DNA of 64,000 nucleotides from Eledone cirrhosa (Eukaryota). The notes below the pieces were generated by a model. That model worked only from the letters and a program-made list of their open reading frames with translations. It was not told the origin of the DNA and searched no databases. Shown here in pieces: positions 26,582 to 40,762 of this stretch (its first letter is position 1; each line of letters begins with the position of its first letter). Made by a program: the position numbers and the translations under genes. The stretch covers positions 92,752,001-92,816,000 of the forward strand of contig OZ024740.1 of NCBI GenBank assembly GCA_964016885.1. Reading direction: 5' to 3'.

Positions 26582-26952
26582 TTTAGATGACTGGTATTGG
26601 TGTATATATTACTTGCAATAATATTAAAAAGAATAAGAATGGCTGGTGTACAAGGTTTCATATCACAGGAGTCAATAATAACACAATATAAATATTTTAC
26701 CACTTCTCGTGATGGTGTAGTTGGTGTGTTGGTCTCGACTCCACGTCTTGAGCGTATACAGAAGAGAGAGAGAAGCCAGAAAACATCTCTTCATAGGCAG
26801 AAGTCAGCTCCAAAATTATGCATGCTGTCTCTTCGTAAATAGCCGCCGGAGTGTGTATTATTTTTGGTGACGTCAGTTTGTGACGTCAGAGCTATGTGCA
26901 GGTAACTATGTATAGCTGTCCCCAAACACGCGACACGTGTCGCTTCGCTACA
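26582..26952 (-). repeat. Gypsy 3' LTR
   Basis: Direct repeat of 31691-32049; minus strand TGTAGCGAAG...CATCTAAA. Confidence 0.93.
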
Positions 26953-27205
26953 TATAGCCCTATTCCAGATGACCAATCGATTGAAGAAGTAAACATATGT
27001 AGTGAGAAGCAAGACATAGAGAGGTAATAAACAAAAGAAATGTTTGCACAAGCAGCAAACAAAAGGCAAGGCACGAAAAAATGTAACAACAGAAACATGC
27101 AAAACAATCAATAAAATGCAACAACTCGTAAGAAAGACAAAAGCAAAGGGCTGCAACAAGGAGAGCTTAAATGTACACAGTTTGACACAGTTTTGGGGGC
27201 CAGTT

Positions 27206-30200
27206 TTACAGTTTGTTTCCAAAAAAGGGTCGTGGCCAGTTCATATAATTAAAGTTTGGAAGAGATCTTTGGGCCAGTGGACTCTTCGACCGGAACGGAT
27301 CGTGGTCTTGTATTTTGGTGATGTGTGTGTGTGTGGGGGGGGGGGTCCAAATAATCTGGTGTGTCTGCAAAAGAGAAAGATGTGGCTCAGGTGTGTGAGC
27401 ATCTGTGTGGGCCCGTTTAAGTCTATCAACCGCAATGGTCTCTCTGGATCCCTTAATGTCTACTGTGAAATGTTTATCAGAATGAGCCAACACACGGTAG
27501 GGTCCAGAGTACGGTTGTGTGAGAGGTGGTCTCACAGCATCGTTTCTTACGAACACATGTGTCCACGAGACAATATCCCTCGGGACTCCAATTTTTAGAG
27601 TTTGTTCCCTCGTATCCATCGGCGGGAGGTCCTGAATATAAGAACGTAGACGGAATACGTTGGAAAGCGGATCTTTTGCAGCAAGATCGATAGGGGCAAG
27701 CATTTGAACAGGTAACGCTAGAGGAGCACCATGCAATAATTCGGCCGGGGAAAACCCAAGGTCCTCCTTTATTGATGACCGAATCCCTAATAACACAATA
27801 GGGAGGTACTCGCTCCAAAGCGTAGAGTCAGGAGAAGTCCGTAGAGCGGCTTTTAGTTGTCGTTGGAAACGCTCCACCATTCCGTTAGATGCAGGATGAT
27901 ACGAAGTTGTTCGGATGCGTTTAGCACCCATGATCTTCGTTAATTCATAGAAGAGATTCGATTCAAACTGCCTTCCACAGTCCGTTGTAATTGTGGTTGG
28001 CACTCCAAAGGGGGCAATCAATCCTGATACTAGGGCACTTGCTGTCGTTTCAGCAGTAATATCTTCAGTGGGTACGGCTTTAGGCCATCGCGTAAAACGA
28101 TCAGTAACAGTCGATAGATAAGTATTACCACCACGGAGAAGCCAAGGCCCCACGATGTCCACATGAATGTACCGGAAACGGGCGTACGGTGTACTGAAAT
28201 ACCGAGCGGAGCTTTAACGTGTTTAGGGATTTTCGATTTCTGGCAAGCGATGCAGGAAAGGCACCAAGCAGTAATATCACCCCTCATATTTGGCCAGAAG
28301 AATCTGGCTGTTATGAGCTTTATTGTGGCAGAAGATCCTGGGTGGGAAATGCTGTGTATAACAAGAAACATAGTACGACGATGGTTTAGCGGAGCGAATA
28401 GTCTCGGTAAAGCCAAGGAAACGTCGCAGAGGATCTGTCCGTCTGCGGTAGGCAATGGCAGGTATTTCAAATTACTCGTCGCAAATTCGGCTGATGTAAT
28501 ATCCAACGATTCCAGTGCAGGTTGCTTTGCTGCCAAGTGATTTAAATCGATGTCGTGGGATGCCGCAATCGAACTGATCGGCAATCGAGTCAGGGCGTCA
28601 GCCGCTGTGTTCAATGACCCTGGAATGTGTTGGATGTCGTTTGTGAACTGCGAGATAAAGTCGAGATGCCGTGTTTCTCTGGGCAATTACTTGTCGGACT
28701 TTGTCCTTAAAGTAAAGGTCAAAGGTTTATGGTCAGTATAGATTGTAAAACACCTTCCTTCGAGCATATGTGTTAAATGTTTCACGGAAAGGTAGATGGC
28801 TATCAGCTCCCGGCCAAAGGTGCTGTAGTGAGTTTCTGCAGGTTTCAACTTCCTGGAGAAGAATTCCAATGGTTGTTGGTGATTGTCACTACTCTGTTGT
28901 AAGACTGCACTCACTGCAGTATCCGACGCATCAACACAAAGCGAAAGCTTTGCATTGGATACAGAGTGGCTAAGAAAAATGCACTAGCCATGCTGATTTG
29001 GCTTTTTGAAAATCCTCAAGCTGAGTCTGAGTCAAAGAGATGTCCTTGTTCGTATTTCGGCAACTTTTCAGAATCTCAGTAAGAGAGAACAAGTAGATTT
29101 GCACAATGCGGAACAAAACATCTATAGAAAGTTATCAGTCGTAGGAATTGTCGCAACTGACGAAGTGAGGTTCTGTGCAGGCAAATCCTCTATAGCCTGA
29201 ACTCGTTGAGGGAGGGTTCGAATACCCTCGGAATCAATGACATGACCTACAAAATTCAGTGATTCCGCACCGAAAGCACATTTTGTGGGATTTATTTGAA
29301 CACTAATCCTTGAATCGATAAAAAAAAAGATTCAAATGACGTTTGTGTTCTTCTCTGGAGGAACTAGCAATAAGCAGATCCTTAATATAAGTGTAGACGA
29401 AGTCTAAACCACGAGTGACCTCATACATGAACCGTTGAAATGTGCTAGCAGCATTCCTAAGTCCGAAAGGCCTTGTAAGAAATTCGAATGATCTAAATGG
29501 AGTCGTAATGGCAGTTTTCAGAATATCTTCTATCTTGACATGAATTTGATGATAGGCTCGCAACAAATCGAGCTTTGAGAAAAGTTTACATCCCTGCAAT
29601 GACGATGCAACATCTTGTAGGTGTCCCCTATCGGGGACAGTTATAGCATTTAACTTCCTATAATCCCGAGTGGGTCTCCAGTCGCCAGAAATCTTGGGTA
29701 CCATGTGCAACAGAGAAGCCCAAGCGCTCGTAGAAGGGCGAATTATGCCTAGCTCCAGCATGTTGTCGAACTCGGAGCGAGCTGCCTTCAATTTGTCCAC
29801 AGGCAAGCGGCGAGGACGGGAAAACACTGGAGCACTAGTAGTGGATATATAATGTACGGTTGGGTTAGTCGTTCGACAACTCGAGAATTTCCCTGAGTAA
29901 TTTGTGGGAAAGAATGCAACAATGCATGATAGGCATACCCAGCATTAGCGATGAAGTAAGTCGGGCTAACCGTTGGAAAATTAGCTTTCTGGCCACGAAG
30001 AGAAAAACCAGTAATGTCATCTACTAGGCGTCGGCTACGGACGTCCACCGTCAATGGAAAATAGTGTAGAAAATTCACTCCCCAAGATCGGATATGGTAG
30101 GTCAGCAACCGTAAAATCCATTTGAATTCTCGTCGAAGATTTCTGAATTGCTGAGGAAGCGAGATTTGTCCAAAGGTCCGTATCGGCGAATGATTGACAG

Positions 30201-30361
30201 CTTGTAGATGCATTGATGACTCAGGAGGAGTTTCTTTAACACAGTTCACCGTCCAAATGCTGCAGGAGGCTCCCGTATCTACGAGGAAAGATCTTCCGGA
30301 CGGGAAGTCCTCGATAAAGGATGGCGGTTTGTGTGTGTACCAGAGAGATCAGATGCCGCCT
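27206..30361 (-). pseudogene. pol: Gypsy pol (protease, RT, RNase H, integrase), multiple frameshifts and stops
   Basis: FLVDTGAS (~30290); WASLLHMV...[10 protein letters not shown]...[13 protein letters not shown]; DAS...FFSRKL...YSTFGREL...TDHKPL; H..SHPG...CIACQ; DIVGP...ITTDCGRQF...NGMVER; PYSGPY. Confidence 0.93.
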
Positions 30362-31150
30362 TCAGTGAATCCGGTCTGCGTTTCCCGAAGTTGAATAGTT
30401 ACACGGTGGCCGGCAGTGTTTTGCTTTATCATCGAAGGTAGCGTGATACCAGCACAACGACGAATTGCTGGAGGGCAAGCTGGCGTTACGGCGTGAAGTT
30501 GCGAAGGAACGCGAACGACTTCTTGGCCGTCTGGGCCTATTCTCCCTACATAATTTCGCCACTTCACGCGTCAATGAGACAATCGCCTTCAACCTGTCAT
30601 TCTCGTGTGTCGAGACGGGCTGGTTCGGAAAGGTCGAAGAGGCAACAAGCGAGTACAACAAGGTAGCTTTCCTCGAGAATTCCACAATTCTATCGGCAGA
30701 TGCAGCGATCTGCCCCACCAAGCTCGCGTCCACTACGGTAGCCAATATAATCTGGACATTGTTTGGCAAGCGAGAAAAAAATAGCTTTTTGTTAAATGAA
30801 CTATCCTCATCGGGCGATTCACTGAGGTCGCGAATGTGGTGTAACAATTCGGACGGCGACGTGTCACCTAAACACTCGTCCTCCAATAATGCACGAAACC
30901 TGCTTTCAGCAGAACCGCAGTTTCTCCTTAATATCTCCGTCATCAACGAATCATACGAAGTGCCGGTTGGCGAGTCCGTTATTAAATCTTTCACCGTGGT
31001 GGCGAGCGACAAAGGTATACCGCAATTCAAAACATTGAGTTTCTGCTCTGTTTCAATTCCATTTGCAGCAAAATATGCATCCAGTTGCACAAACCAGAGC
31101 TTGGGATCACCGGAGAACGCAGGTAAATTAGGACTACTCATCACTAGCAT
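30362..31150 (-). CDS. gag: Gypsy Gag with CHCC-type zinc motif
   Basis: Open 262-aa ORF; LPAFSGDPKLWFVQL, LGDTSPSELL, CWYHATFDDKAKHCRPPC. Confidence 0.88.
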   Translation of the reverse strand: MLVMSSPNLPAFSGDPKLWFVQLDAYFAANGIETEQKLNVLNCGIPLSLATTVKDLITDSPTGTSYDSLMTEILRRNCGSAESRFRALLEDECLGDTSPSELLHHIRDLSESPDEDSSFNKKLFFSRLPNNVQIILATVVDASLVGQIAASADRIVEFSRKATLLYSLVASSTFPNQPVSTHENDRLKAIVSLTREVAKLCRENRPRRPRSRSRSFATSRRNASLPSSNSSLCWYHATFDDKAKHCRPPCNYSTSGNADRIH

Positions 31151-31690
31151 GTATCAGTTCCACATAAAAATACTAAATGATATCCAAGTAAAGAAATGCA
31201 ACGCGTGTTAGATGTTTGGAACAACGGGAAAACAACACAAATTTCCCTCAACTTCCATGAAGAAAGAAAAAAGAAAAAATCTGGTGAATTTGCAAAATCC
31301 GGAATCGACAAGTCACAAAAATTAGAGCAGAAAAATTAAATATGTTTTGTTTTCCTTTCCTTTCTTTTCTTTCTCTAAATTGGAGAAGGCGATGGCATCA
31401 CATGATGCGTCTCAGCCAATCAGATGGCTGCATTTCGGAGAAGAAACACAATTGGCGGATCCGTCAGCCATTGTGAATATTTTTTTTTATTTTGTTAAAC
31501 GAACAATTTTCAATTTCGTTTATTCGCATAGTTGCAAGAAATAAAGTATTAGTTTTGTCATCAATTTTGTTTTATATGTTGTATGTTTCTCTTAGGTAAA
31601 TACTTGTTAAGTCTCTAGAAGTTTTTAGAAGTTTTTAGAAGTCTTTAGAAGTTTTAGAAGGCTGTGTATTCCATAATCGTGGTCAACCAC

Positions 31691-32049
31691 TTTAGATGAC
31701 TGGTAATGGTGTATATATTACTTGCAATAATATTAAACAGAATAAGAATGGCTGTTGCGTGTTAGTACAATGTTTTATATCACATGAGTCAATAATAACA
31801 CAATAGGAATATTTTACCACATGTCGTGATGGTGTAGTTGGTGAGTTGGTCTCGACTCCAAGTCTGGAGCGTATAAAGAAGAGCGAGAGAAGGCAGAACA
31901 TATCTCTTCATAGGCAGAAGTCAGCTTATGCGTGTTGTCTCTTCGCAAATAGCCGCCGGGGTGTGTATTATTTTTGGTGACGTCAGAGCTATGTGCAGGT
32001 AACTCTGCATAGCTGTCGCCAAACACACGACAGGTGTCGCTTCGCTACA
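31691..32049 (-). repeat. Gypsy 5' LTR
   Basis: Direct repeat of 26582-26952 with many substitutions and small indels. Confidence 0.93.
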
Positions 32050-32843
32050 ACCGGAAGAGAAAAATACAATTAAGTGCGAGAGCGAGCCCTGCAAGACAAA
32101 CAATATTTGATATACCAGGTTAGTGTGTAGGACATAAATTTAGGTGGCGCTGAAACCTTCTTCATAAAGGATGTTGTAGTGAGTGGTGATAGCCAAGATT
32201 AAAAGAAGGTAGGTAAGTAGGGGCTGGAGTGAAGAAGAATATGTTGAAAATTCGGAAAAACAGGATGTCTGTCGTGGTTTTGAGAGGGAGAAAATGTTGT
32301 CTAGATATTGAGCAATATCAGTGGAGCAGTTGCAGGCGAAAAGAGGGGAATGCCAACATTGTTAGATTTATGTATTTCTGGGACAGCAAAGAAAGTGGTA
32401 GTGTGAATGGTGCGTACTAAAATATGTGTTAAACTGAGAAGCGTTGGTGGATGGCGGATGCATTTGAATAAGTGGGGAGACCTTAGAGAATTGGGTGGTG
32501 GCGGAGACAGTGAGTTACACATGTGATTGGATTGCTTTAGCGTAGATTTGTGAAGAGGAGGTTAGTCAGCAGCAAGGATGCTTGGATGCAAAGGGGGCTA
32601 TATGTGAGTGATTATTATATAATTGAATTTTAGGAGAGCCAAACTATCAATCTTAGCTCGGCAGTGTTACATTCATTTTTATTTATCAGATAGTATATAA
32701 TTATGTGATGAACAAAAAAGTAACCTAGTGTCTCCTAAAAGTCCATTTATCACCACCAACTGTCCGTGCAAATGAATGTTACAGTAGCGTCTCATTTTTG
32801 TTTTCACTTTATCTTTAACAATTGTTATCAGCACACACATTCG

Positions 32844-32889
<46 letters not shown>

Positions 32890-32893
<4 letters not shown>

Positions 32894-35005
32894 CTACGTA
32901 GGGTCAGATGGAAGACCTACCATTTGGACATGGATGCAGTTGAACAACTATTCGCTAAAGAGAAGTACGGAGTTAAGACCTACAATAAGCCACCACACTA
33001 CACCCAGTTGGACACCTTTGAAAACAACATACTAAATATGATCAATAATGTCAAATTTAAGAAAAGATACAAGTGCACCAATGTTTTCTTGAACTCTTTA
33101 GACTCTCTCATCACTAAAATTAGGAATGATAAACACCTATATGTAGCCTCCGCCTAAACTAAAAAAACCTGTATAAGTTCGAAATATAGAGATAAAGGCA
33201 ATTCATCTCTAGCGAACTCAACAAAATTCACCAAAAAACACCTAATAACACACCCAACCACAAATATATTATATAAGAACATAGTAACTACCTTAGATAT
33301 TAATAAATACACAGACCCTTACAAACCTATGATACCGAAATTCTCTCTTAAGGATCACAAATGTAAAATTAATGGAAACCCATGTTAGATTAATTTGCCT
33401 CTCCACCTCAGATATAGGTAGAATTAACAAAGTGATCCTGGATAGAATTATACCTGTACTAAAAAATAAGGCTAATATTTTACTTTGGAATAATACCGAC
33501 CAGGTCATCAAATGGTTCACTAATATACAAGATAAGGATTCACTAAAATTCATTCAATTCGACATAGATAAATATTACACCTTTATCTCCCCTATACGAC
33601 TAAACAAAGCCCTTATCTTAGCTAAGTCCAATACTGGTTTAACTAAACAGGAAATAGACATAGTACTAGCAGCTATATGAACCATCATTAACTTCAACGG
33701 CTCATACTGGACCAGAACCAACCGTCCTCATAATGTCGATATCACGATGGGGTCGAGTAACTCTGCACAGGTAACTGACTTAATTGGATTATACCTCCTG
33801 CATAAGCTCAGAGAAGAGATCCCCGCACTACAAGGAGGTGTATATAGAAACGACGTTCTGTTTACTGTATGGAATCACAATCCTCGTAGAATAGAAAACA
33901 ATAATAAGCATATCCATAAGTTCTTTAAAGCTTACGGCCTCTCAGTAACAATAGACCATCACCATCAGATAGTTAACTTCATTGATGTAACATTAGAGTT
34001 ACATACAGGCCTTTATAGACCGTACCATAAACCAGGCGAGATCCTCTCTCACACAGGATATCGAGGTATCGGACAACGAGGGAATTTTCGACAAACCGCT
34101 GATTACTTCAACAAAACACTGGGCGAATCTGTATTTAACAAAATCCACTAAATCTACCTCCCATAGGAGTAGTACAATGGCGAGGTGCATCAATACTCAA
34201 TGTGGCAGTACGCTTGAAAATAAGAAATATGGGAATAGAACCGACATTGCAAGCGGCCCAATGAAATATCACAACAGAAATAGTAATAAGCTAGGGAGAT
34301 CCTGGAACCGGTGCCATTCTAATTCTGACAATGTAGCTGGAAATAAAATACTAGACAAATTCCCCGCATACAGGACTAACAATGGAGACGGCATTTTACC
34401 TACACCAACCAACAAACATAGAGTGACTCAGGTCAGACCCTCCGGGGATAGGTTAATTCACAAGACTAATCAGTCCAACTACTGCAATAAAACAACCACC
34501 ATGGTAGCAATAACCTGACCGGCCCGACGACAACACGGAAACACCACCGTAATATCCTATCATTCCTCCCCCTTACTCAAGGACTATCGATTGAAACATA
34601 CCTAAAATCTTTATCGAGGCCTTAGAGAATAACTTCCCATATATTCATAGATACCCTAAGAACCTAAACAAGAATAACGTCAAAATCTCATATTCAACAA
34701 CACCCAATCTAGCTGATCTTATAGGACTTAGTAACCAAAGGAGCTTACTAAAATCAAACCTTCTTGTAATGACAAAATTAGAATAATTATTATAACAATA
34801 CCGATAGTTATAACAGCAATAATAGTAACCAGGATAATAATGATAGTATTAGAAATGACATCAACAATATTAACATTAAGGAAACTAACCGCAGCATTGA
34901 TAGATCAGCTAATAACCATGATAGGAACCATAGCAGCGGTAACAATAGTAGAGGGAATCCTGATAAGAACAGCAGGAGTTATCTCATGTCGCAAAGGCAT
35001 ATGTG
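32890..35005 (+). pseudogene. Decayed PLE (family D), RT half and Asn-rich linker
   Basis: FLRRVRWK, VRLICLSTSDIGRI, FIQFDIDKYY, MGSSNSAQVTDLIG, GGVYRND, VNFIDVTL; homologous to the ORF at 60004-61242. Confidence 0.88.
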
Positions 35006-35040
35006 TAATAATAATAATAACAATATTAATAATAATAATA

Positions 35041-35127
35041 ATTGTTTCTATTTTAGGCACAAGGCCATCAATTAACCAGTACATTACTGGCACTTTATTT
35101 TATCGACCCCGTAAGGATGAAAGGCAA

Positions 35128-35131
<4 letters not shown>
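35041..35131 (-). mobile_element. Truncated SINE copy within (AAT)n
   Basis: Matches 4730-4820. Confidence 0.85.
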
Positions 35132-35216
<85 letters not shown>

Positions 35217-35461
35217 TTTTCTTTATTAACCACACGGGTTTACATAAAGTAGACATTAAGGACAGTACAGGACAATACAGGACGGTACAAATGGGCATTT
35301 CTGCGTGTAAAAAACAAAAACAGAGGAAGTAACCAAAAAAATACAATGAAAAATTACCCAATAGGGTGGAGACTTCCGAGGGACATTTGTGGAGAAAGCC
35401 CATTAAAGGGCCACATTGACGCTGATCACCAGGGCAAGTGCCCTCTCACAGTTTTCCAGCT

Positions 35462-38400
35462 TTAATTTACAGACACATACTCAGAGTAGGCCCATTCACT
35501 GGCCATAATTGCCTCTCTCACCCATCTTTCAACAAAATGCTGGGAAGAGAGCACTTCCCTCTCTAGCTTGATTTTCCTGTTCAAATGAAATATAAAAAAG
35601 TTAATCAGGTCATCAGTGAAGAGGTAAGTGCTCGTCTTCAGCCCTTTCAAACGTGTCCACCATACTATCTATTTCGCCATGGCCACCAGACAGATAAAAA
35701 CTGCCTGCCCTTCCCGGCTAAAGAAGACGGCGGGGCAATCCTCACGATGGACTCAGCTGATAGCTGGATCCGTCATACACGTGACAGCAGGTGATCGACA
35801 TAAACGCACAAGTCAGCAATGCTCGGACACTGGACGAGTGCGTGCAGGACGGTTTCGTTGCCCTGCGCGCATCTCGGACATGCCCGACTGACGGCACCTA
35901 CATGCCTGTATAGTTTATTCCCGAACTGGCAAAGCTCCCCGGTAGCACTGCCAGGCCAATGATTTTTGGTAATTGTCCATAGGCCTTGGCCCGAAAGTCC
36001 TTCAGAAGAGATTGGCTAGTTGATTTTCGTCGACGCCTACGATTTCTCCAAGTACGTCGTCGCTCTTCCCCTCCATTAATCCTCTATAGAACGCCAAGGT
36101 GGAGTTTCCATCGATCACATTGCCCGATTGGTCGAGGGCTGTGAGCGCCTGAAGACATTCCAGTCTCCAAGCGCTCCCTCTCGGTCTTCGCTTGACCCAG
36201 GACTGCAGCTCCCTCAAAGACACGAGCTGGGGAAGACGTGTCTAGCAAACGGCGACCACACCTGAGCACCATCAAGGAAGAGGTGGAGATGTCGTAGCCT
36301 GAGCGCGTGTCTGCGCATCATCAGCCACGGCAAGCCCTGCCATCCACGTAGCGGTTGTTGACAGCAGATGAACCGCCTGACCATCGGAGCCCGTCTCTTC
36401 CACAAAAAAACGAAAGAGGAAACGCTCCAGCACAGTCAGGCGGGGCTTAGGACAAGGTGCGACGGTCAGGCGGTAGTAGATGACGGACGCGATGTACGCG
36501 TTACCCACCACCGCTCGACCTTTCAGGGATAGCTTCCTCTCCGCCCATTTCTGGGTGACAGAAGCCACCCTGCTCGTCACCTCATCCCAGTTTTTGTCCA
36601 TCTGGAGGAATGGAACGAACCAGACCCCTAGCAATATAACCGGACCTTCCGTCAAGAGCGCCACGACGCTGTTGGACGGCATGTACCTGCCTCTCCAGGT
36701 GCCGAGGCAGGTCCATGCAGGCCCACTGACCTTTACTGGTTGATCATTGCTCCTGTCACAGCTTCGTATTCTCTTAGTGTAGTGCCGATCGCCTCGATGT
36801 GTTTGGCGTTCGACACCATTACGGTGACATCGACCGCATATGCTGACACGGATCTTCCGCATCCTAGTTCGCGCGGGATCCCCATCAACGTCTCCAGTTT
36901 GTGCAGTAATGGCTCGAGAGACAATGCGTACAAGAGGGACTAGAGGGGACATCCTTGGCGGACCGAGTGCATGATGTTGTACGGTTCCGAAAGGTGACCG
37001 TTCACTCTCACAACAGAGCAAATGTCGCTGGGCATGGCAGCGATCCAGCCTCTGAAGACGGGCCCAAAGCCATCCGCCCTCAGGACTGCCGCTATGTAAC
37101 GATGGTCGACCCTATCGAAAGCGTTAGACTGATCTAAATTGATACAGGACCCACCCGTGCCAGGTTCCCTAGCTACCCTCTCTACGATGTATCGCATGAA
37201 GTGGAGGCTGTCGGTAATGGCGAATGTCTGCGCCTCTCCCACCAGACTACCAACGACAAGCGCCAACCTCTTTGCTAGCACCTTGGCCAAAATCTTGAAT
37301 TCTGTGTTTAGCAGAGTTATGGGCCTAACATTATCTATGTTATCCCCCTTTCTCAGCAGCGCCACAGCTCCTCGGCTCACAGAGCTGGGGATTTTCCCGT
37401 TCTGTTGCCAGTTCCAGTAGACGTCCGCGAAGAGGCCTCCGAACAAGTCTGGCATCTGTACGTAACGTTCATAGGGCAGACCATCCAAACCAGGCGATTT
37501 ACCCCTAGTGCACCCAGTCATTGCCTCCCGTACTTCAGCGGCTGTTATCGGCTTTTTGCAACACTCCGCCTCAGTTGCCGAGAGCGGCGGCAGTCGGTCG
37601 AGGTAGACACTAAAGTCCATCCCTCGATCCGGACCGCCGCTGCACACGAGCAGCTGTGCGAAGTGTCGCTGACAAGCTACATACATTTGCCCAGGATGGA
37701 GTAGCATGCGACCGTCGTGGTCCACCAAAGACTGGAGCATGGCTTTGTTGCCACGACGCGCCTCCGCCACTCGAGCCCATTGAACGGCTTTCGTCCTCTC
37801 GTGTCTGAGAGCACGCACCCTAGCTCTGACAACGCAGCCTTCGTGCTTTGCATTGAAGAATTGGTCAAGGACCAATTTCGCCGCAAGTACGTCGGTCGCG
37901 ATGCCTTTGCTAAGCGCCTCGTCTAATTTTCTAACTAGTTCTCTCTCTGCTCTATTTTTCTCTATTGCTAAAGCCTTACTAAACCTAATGGACTCTACTC
38001 TAATCGCTCTTTTCAGAGCAAACAAACACTTGTTGTTGACGTTGGCCCCCGTCAACGCCCGCTTATCTAGTTCGCTAATTCGGTCTCTGTAGGCCTTGCG
38101 CGCGGGTAACGATGCGTTTAGCTTCCAGTAGCCGGGTCCTCGTCTATGAAGCCTATCTAATTTAAGCACACAGATCACGAATTTGTGGTCCGTGTAGCTG
38201 ACTATCTTTTATTGGGGACATCCTATGCTAGACCTATCTATTTCCCTACAAAATACTCTATCTTGATATAATCTGGATGACCCTATGCGATTTGTCCAAG
38301 TCCACATTGGCACATTCGCGAAATCCAATCGGTACCTCTCAGACAGTTCAAAACGCCTGAGTAGGTTGGTGAGGCTCTTGCACACTCCTCCCCTATCCGC

Positions 38401-38803
38401 TAATACCACACAGTCCCAGTGTGCATCTAAGATCCCTTTCCAGTCGCCCTCTAACACTAAAGATCGGGACGTTCCAAGAAAGGTCTCCATACGCCAAAGA
38501 AATCAGGCCGCCCTGCATCTGTCGGGGCATAGACGGCCACTAGCCTGAAGATGGCCCGTATGGCGAGATCCAAACCTCTCCGAAAAAGCACAACAACTCC
38601 ACCCCCGATCCAGGACGGCTGAGAGATGCGTACACATCGTAGCCGCCGAAGATCGGTGCAAAGGCCCGTGCTTCGGAGATTCTGGTCTCGCTGATGGCCA
38701 CTATATCTATGTCTAGTGACCTGAGGTCGTTGAGCAGGTGGCCCTGCTTCCATGACGACCCCAAGCCACGCGCATTTATGCTGCCTATTCTGTGTGAGGT
38801 CAT
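35462..38803 (-). pseudogene. Tx1-like ORF2: APE endonuclease, RT, C-terminal CCHC
   Basis: IGSINARGL, VAISET, VYAPT, WKLNASL, KSPGLDGLP, RPITLLNTEFKILAK, LDQSNAFDRVDH, VRQGCPL, AYAVDV (YADD eroded); many frameshifts. Confidence 0.92.
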
Positions 38804-38837
38804 GTTGAAATGGAGTGGAAAAGATGGGAAAGACCAC

Positions 38838-40762
38838 TTACCATACTTCTCGTAGAGGAAGGATGGTTTCTCCATACTTGTCACTGCTTGTGGCCTCTTC
38901 CGGAAGGATGTCCTTATAAATCCTCCTGGAGAGTGCTTGTCGGAAGTCTCCGATGTATTTTGGGAATTTTTGTTTTGGTGTCATGTACGTTTTCTGTGTG
39001 ATGCGAGTGATTTGTATGTATGGAGGTGGTGTGAAATTTTGTGTTGTGTAGTCTTTTTCTGTGATGCTGGTGTTGTGTGGGATGTAGTGTAATAATTGGT
39101 TGTTATTCAAATTTAATGCTATGTAGTGTGTATCGGTTTGGTTGTTTTGTTTTGTTTCCGTATGTTGTGGGTTTGTTTCTGTTTCGCTTTTTGGTGACTT
39201 TTGTGGTGTTGGTGATGGTGGTGTTGGGGTTAATGATGTTTATGGTGTTGGTGTTTGTGTTGATGGGGTTGGTGATGCTGGTGTGGATGGTGGCATAGCT
39301 GTCCTAACTTTTTTGTTTGATAGTTTATTTGTTTCCCTCTGTATTTTGTTTTTGGAGGGGGAAGGAAGGTTATTTTTTCTCTTTTTGTTTCTTTTTCTTT
39401 TTTTTCTGTTTTTCTGATACCGTTTCCCACTCCTCGTCGTCACAATCTGTCTCCAATTGCGTTAGGTCGGGTAGTGGAAAATCCTCCACAGGCGTTGGTT
39501 TTGGTTGTGGCGTGGTGGATGGTGTAGGCGCTGGTGCTAATTTGGGCGCGTTGGGTGGAGGCGGTGTTGGTTTTGCTACTGTTGCTGGGGTTGTTGCTGT
39601 TACAGTTGCTTCTGTTGTTGCTGCTAAAGTTGTTGCTGCCATCTCTGCTGCTGCTGGCGTTTATGGTTGAGTCACTGTGTTGGGTAAGAAAGGTGGCCTC
39701 AACTTTTGGCCTGAGGGCAGAAAGTCCTTATGTGGGTTCTTTCTCCACAAATGACACACCTATGCATTCTGCCCTCGACGATTACGGTGCGGTGGCTGTT
39801 ATCAGTGAGGTCTATTACCTCTAGGATCTGCTCAATGCTTTTTTCGTCCGCTTGGATCAGGAGCTCCATCCCAGATCCTTTCGATTATCTTGGTGTTGCC
39901 TTCGATGCCGGCAAGGACGGCAGCCATTAGCCAGGTAATTTCGATGGCCGGTTGTACGTGGGTCACCCTGATATTCACGAGTCTCTGGCCACAATTACTT
40001 GGGACGAGTGTGAAGTCGTCACTTCTTACTGGGGCCATGACATGTTTTCTGGCCTCCTGTGGTGTTTCAAAAAACACGTCCACGGTTCCATATTTCTGTC
40101 CACGTCTGATGTGGGTTGTTTTTTGCCCACACATGTCCCAGAGTTTTTTGATTTGGGACTCGGATGCCCGTTCCACTCGGCGCGATTATATATTAATCGT
40201 CCGATAAGACACGGTGCATAAGAGCCCATGCTCCATTTTATTAGGTGGGGCGGGGGGTGGGGGTGAGACTGACCCTGTACCCATCTTTCTTTACCATTTT
40301 TGTGGATTCTTCTAATTCCTCCTGAGCTACCTGGAATGCTTCGCATTTTTTTGCTACTCTGGCAAAAGACAGGGTTGTTTTCTTAATTTCATTGTTGCTG
40401 TTGTTGTTATCGTTATTTTTGTTATTGTTAATTTTAGTTTCAGTTGTGGTAGTGGTGGCGTCAGTGGTGTTCGGTTCGGAAAAGTTCATTTTGGCTGATT
40501 TCGTTTCGATATCAGGATGTAATTTATTTTTTTAATTTGTTTATGTTGTCGTTGTGGTGGTGGTGGGGGTGGCGGCTTCAACACCTGCAGTCATTAGTAA
40601 TGGCGGGAAATGAATGTGTGCATGAGACAAATTTAAAATATTGCTACTGCTTATATTTTTAGGGTTGGCAAACGAAGTAATATTTACAATGGTGGTGTCG
40701 GTGTGAAGTGTTAGTTTGTGAGGAAGGCTCTCAGCTACTGGGTTTATCTGTGAGTCGGCCAT
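38838..40762 (-). pseudogene. Tx1-like ORF1 (gag-like, zinc knuckle), fragmented
   Basis: LSFARVAK, RRM-like GTVDVFF, CVICGERTHIRTFCP (~39760-39712), Pro/Thr-rich tract, EWETV plus basic tract. Confidence 0.75.

Larger units (their letters stand above)
26582..32049 (-). mobile_element. Full-length decayed Ty3/Gypsy LTR retrotransposon, CsRn1-like
   Basis: Two LTRs, TSD ACCG (26578-26581, 32050-32053), PBS-like TGGTTGACCACGA resembling the tRNA-Trp complement, purine tract before the 3' LTR, order gag-PR-RT-RH-IN. Confidence 0.95.

Noticed and set aside
30465-31211. 248-aa ORF antisense to gag, and similar antisense ORFs over R4 and Tx1
   Set aside because: Shadow frames of retroelement coding sequence; no recognisable motifs.
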